Part shown: piece by piece, positions 63,674 through 64,000 of the stretch
Layout: each line of letters opens with the position of its first letter
Numbering within the stretch: the first letter of the stretch is position 1
Assembly (NCBI RefSeq): GCF_009914755.1
Contig: NC_060940.1
DNA: 64,000 nt
DNA from: the human T2T-CHM13v2.0 reference genome, Homo sapiens
Strand: one strand, 5' to 3'
Made by a program: the position numbers and the translations under genes
Notes under the pieces: model-generated
What the model saw: only the letters and a program-made list of their open reading frames with translations
Databases searched by the model: none
What the model was told of the DNA's origin: nothing

Positions 63674-64000
63674 CTGGGGAGACAAACACCCAAAGACAAG
63701 GGAGTCAGTGGTACAGATGACAGACACACGCCCTGCTATGGGAAAGTCTTGCAGTTCTGAGACGGTCTTGCAAGGGGCTGTGTTTAGGGCTGTGTTTAGG
63801 GCAGGTCTTTTTCTCCTTTTCGCAGGATTTCTTCCCCATGCACACCCCCAGCCTGCTGGGTTCGAGATCCAGCTCTGCCACTTAGGAGCAAACCACTTGG
63901 TTTGCTAAAGTAACCTTTCTGAGCCTCAAGAGTTTTTATCAGGAAAGGGCGAGGCCTCTAGAAACGGCACCAGAGGGGCTCTCGTAGGGGGATGACACAG

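Overview
Human (primate) genomic DNA, very Alu-rich, recognisable as chr16p13.3. It carries three spliced protein-coding genes. (1) The 3' ten coding exons of SEC14L5 on the + strand (3847-22471; CRAL-TRIO then GOLD domain, Ser-rich tail) and a long 3'UTR. (2) The complete NAGPA gene on the - strand (10 coding exons, 41407 to 32977, 1548 nt = 515 aa + stop), convergent with SEC14L5, with a CpG-island promoter holding CLEAR/M-box motifs. (3) The 3' exons of C16orf89 on the - strand (63673 to 51848), with an Alu-derived alternative last exon. The rest is Alu, L1, MaLR/ERV LTRs and DNA-transposon MITEs (MER82, MER85, MER30, MER53). I found no evidence of a new multi-gene system, and most ORFs in the track are Alu or GC-rich noise. 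The most unusual signals are: a ~97%-identical 132-bp non-Alu inverted duplication between SEC14L5 and NAGPA; a GC-AG intron next to a stop-free 111-nt in-frame intron in SEC14L5; a consensus-perfect AluYa5; a 50-bp orphan micro-retrocopy inside an L1; a NAGPA upstream ATG that comes into frame only if intron 1 is retained; and a furin-like site just before the alternative C-termini of C16orf89. Exon boundaries were read by eye and checked for phase continuity. Gene identities and repeat subfamily names are from recall and need BLAST/RepeatMasker confirmation.
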